Below, one piece after another: positions 60,440 to 64,000 of a stretch of DNA of 64,000 nucleotides. The notes under the pieces were generated by a model. It saw nothing but the letters and a program-made list of their open reading frames with translations. It had not been told where the DNA came from and did not search any database. The DNA is taken from positions 2,976,001-3,040,000 of the forward strand of contig CM035356.1 of the NCBI GenBank assembly GCA_020137815.1, in the 5' to 3' direction. The stretch is from Hormiphora californensis (lineage: Eukaryota > Animalia > Ctenophora). Each line of letters opens with the position of its first letter. The first letter of the stretch is position 1. The position numbers and the translations under genes were made by a program.

Positions 60440-62156
60440 TCACGTCTCCTCGCTGTCCCAGTATTTCTCGTAGAAGGGGAAGAATGTGAACATGAGGGTG
60501 TAACTGGTCCACAGGAGGGTGGGGAGGAGACTGATCCCAGTGATCATGCTAATCCGGGCATACACCATGATGCCCAGGACACACAGGGCCCACAACACCC
60601 CCACCAGTACAAAGGCAGGGAGCAGGAGAGTCTGGCCAATCAGCAGAACAGGAGGGTAGGAGAGGGCTGTGAGGAGGATAGCCAGACCTGGGAGGATTGT
60701 GTCTGGTTACGAAGTCACCGATTTTTGTTGTGAATTGGTTACGAACTACGAAGGGGCCCTCGCGCGGAGGGGTAACGTTGTGATTTCATTACCTAGAATT
60801 ATGTAGGGGATCCCCCGACGGCCTCCCATGTGGTACCAGGAGAGATAGAGAGCAAGGCCCAGCGATGCATACACACCTGAAAGGACGGAGTTTGGGTTAG
60901 CGGGTCATGTTGGGTGAGCAAACTTGTATTGTAGTAACTACTTGTATTGTAGTAACTGTATGAATATAAAACTTGGTCTAACTTTGTTCACTTTGTTCTT
61001 CCGCTCTCGGGGATCCCGATGTAGAGCAATTGGTTGGTGGGCCAGTCTAAAAGGGCGCCTGTCTGGTGCTGCACTGTAGACCCCATCTGAGCGCAGTGCG
61101 CACTGAGAATCAAATCGGGGTCTGGCGCCGCCAGACAGAAGGGCGTTACTTAGCGAATACAACTCCTAATATAGTTAACTTACCACACCACACTCCTCCA
61201 AAAATGTAAAACTCGTTGATCTTCAGGGGTGACTCCAGGGTCACATCGTACCATATCTTGGCATCGTCCAGAAGGCACCCTGCCCACACCCCAACACCCA
61301 AAAGAGCGGGCAGGAACATGAAAATGATGGCTGTCACCATTTTTACAACCACTCTATCGTCCTCATGGGCCGGATGACGTCTGAAAAGTGCAGATATTAG
61401 GGAATATATTAGGAAACATTAGGGAATATATTATGGGGAATACTAGGGAATATTATGGGGAATACTAGGGAATATTATGGGGAATACTAGGGAATATTAT
61501 GGGGGATATTAGGGAATATTATGGGGGATATTAGGGAATATTATGGGGTATATTAGGGAATATTATGGGGGATATTAGGGAATATTATGGGGTATATTAG
61601 GGAATACAAATGGAGTAGGGGTGATTTGTAGGGGTGCCTAGTCGCATTTTTGTTTCACCCGGAAATGTTGGGTGCGACCGTAGGGAGAGGCCTATATGCT
61701 ACCATTGGTTTCATGATGTCACCAAATGGGGGAGGCTTTCTTTGGGGAGGTATTGTGATCAGTGATTCTCGCAAATAGTATAACTGCACTAAGTGTTATT
61801 TAATGTTGAAATTGTCAATATTATACAGTAGAACAATGAAATGCATATAAGCTATAAATACAAGTGTTGAGTTGTGCATTCATATTCTGTTGTTATTTAC
61901 GCTTACTACTGCATTTATAGCACTTCGACCCTATTTTCTACACGATGTAGGGAACAGGGGAGAAGTGCACAGCTGGCAGCCCCTTCTCACGCGGTCTGCG
62001 AGCGGAGCGAGGAGATTGGGAATCAGGCGGTGACAACAGTTTTCTAAAGAGTGGCACCACTTACCCAAGAGTGGCACCTGTAGCAGCTGATCCGTTCATC
62101 AATGTGGATGTATTGGAGGGAAAGGTGGCGTAGGGAGGGACATTGGTTGATGGCAT
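60440..62156 (-). CDS. TspO/MBR (translocator protein)-like membrane protein, 4 exons, ~206 aa
   Basis: Exons 62156-62065, 61380-61184, 60876-60793 and 60687-60440 with consistent phases. Five hydrophobic segments; WYD..L..P, FGGVW..YASLG.ALYLSW, YPPV and LLPTLLWTSY match the TSPO pattern. Confidence 0.8.
61394..61606. repeat. 22-bp intronic minisatellite
   Basis: Unit GGGAATATTATGGGG(A/G)ATA(C/T)TA in TSPO intron 1. Confidence 0.9.
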
Positions 62157-62586
62157 GATATCTAAACAATAGAAAGGCTAATATCTCTCACAAATATCGA
62201 TCACAAATATATAGAAAGAGAGATATGTGAGATTTAGAAAATATGGTTATCGGTGCAGTCGAGATCAGATCATACGATGTTTTCTCTTTCCAAGCGAGAG
62301 AGAAAATGAGAAAGATTATATAGGGAGAGAGGAAATGAGAGAGTTATAGGGAGAGAGAAAATGAGTAGAAAACTATTATCTTGTACACACGTCTCTCACT
62401 AGGAGAGCGTTGACAGTTTGGTTTCGGATGCAAAGAGAAAATAGAGAAGAAAAATAGGTTTTCAATTTCTAGGAATCTGAATAGATGAATAAGTTTGTTG
62501 ATTATTTTCATAAAGATAATAGCTGAAACATACAATTTCCTAGTACCGGGAGGAACTTCTATAACTATCTATGAAGTTCATTTCTA

Positions 62587-62672
<86 letters not shown>

Positions 62673-64000
62673 TCTTTCTCTGCCATGGGCCATATGAATA
62701 ATCAAGGGTCTACCCTGGAGAATATCGCAGTACGTGGATCATAAAGCTCCTCCATTCATTCAACATATACGCACACACAGTTGGACAAAAGGGAGAGGGA
62801 TCAAGAAATATATGGAGAAAGTTTAACCGAAAAGAAGAAATGGTAGCCGGTGGCGAATATGATTCTCATTTCCAAATTTTAATATTCAGATTTCATACTG
62901 ACTATCTATCCAGTACTGTCCAAGCCAAAATTCAAGATGTGGACTTCAGAGTTGAGACTTCAGAAAAACATGGTAAAAGAATGGGTAAATGATCTGTGGG
63001 TACAGCTGCAGCACACATGTTTTATGAGAGACTCTTCAAGACTTCAACCCACATGTAATTTCAACCAAATCTGCAACTGCTACAAAAACGGCACAACATC
63101 ATGTTTTGGTCGATGCATAAAAGCGAAGATTCACGACTCGATATGTCCATTATACACTTCATATTGGAGCCAACCATATTTAGGACCCAACATAATGAGC
63201 AAACCTAACGATGTAATGATGATACCTAAATGTTGGTTTTTAAAACCTCTGCAAGTTTCCCCCCACTCTTTCTTTTTTTTTTCGTCCTCCTTCTCTCTCT
63301 CTCTACGATTCTCTCTACGATTCGCTCATTCTCTCTTCACGATCTTTCTTCCAACAAAAGCAATACACAACCAATTAGAAATGATGCGATAGATGAAGTA
63401 AAATGCAGCAATGACTCATATCTATTGTTTGCTCATTACAATATCCCGTGAGAGCCATACTGTCTACAGACCGGCTGACTCGCGGTGACGGCCATTCTTT
63501 TCCTAGAGAACTAAAATTGTGTAATGGATTCATCAGCTAGTCATTCCGAGGGGAACCTGGAGCTAGGGACGGGACGAATACAAAGCAAAGACAGCAAGGG
63601 TTTTACAGCAGTAGTATTGTACTCGAATGTACTCACACCCTCCTCCTCCTCCTCCTCCTAACCAACTGTAATTATCGCTTGTTTATATCGGGTTTTTTAA
63701 GGCTCTTCTCGTCGATTGGGCAGATGTCTGCGACCACGCCCACTCCACCCTCCCATATGAACACATGTAGTTACATTTGACGATATAACCTACAGCTGCT
63801 ACAGACCGTATACTCGTATAGTATCATGGCATAAACTTATCAAATCATGCAATAGGGGTATATATGTGAACTGAATATGCAAAGTCTCCTTACAGGACCA
63901 TGTGTAAATTGGGATCTGTAATTTCACAACAAAGAGGTCTATCAAATAACCGCTATGTGTAATTATAACAGATGTTGCTAAAACCTTAGGGTCAGCACAC

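Overview
Repeat-rich eukaryotic DNA, probably from an invertebrate animal (GT-AG introns, (GA)n microsatellites). 1-12.5 kb is a 34-bp tandem satellite with higher-order structure. It is split in register by a 5.35-kb Ty3/Gypsy block: gag, a -1 frameshift signal, PR-RT-RH and a truncated integrase, with pol interrupted by a 604-bp MITE and no 3' LTR. An apparently intact L2/CR1-group LINE follows on the minus strand (about 12.6-17.7 kb). Three spliced host genes can be rebuilt by hand: a 10-exon ABHD1/2/3-like alpha/beta hydrolase (minus, 17972-44625), a 4-exon ~112-aa hypothetical gene (plus, 55416-57303) and a 4-exon TSPO/MBR-like gene (minus, 60440-62156). Introns and intergenic DNA carry many non-autonomous DNA elements (hATm-like with a 9-bp TSD, Chapaev-like foldback with a 4-bp TSD, Harbinger- and Tc1-like MITEs), intron-specific minisatellites, and a Penelope-like inverted repeat with a minimal hammerhead ribozyme. 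Several stretches (about 35.2-36.7, 38.6-42.0, 46.2-48.4 and 52.8-53.0 kb) look like unpolished, homopolymer-inflated assembly, and their ORFs are not credible. The most intriguing signals are the Gypsy block, which may be a circularly permuted retroelement circle captured without integrase, and a dispersed 17-bp repeat that forms repeat-variable spacer-repeat mini-cassettes.
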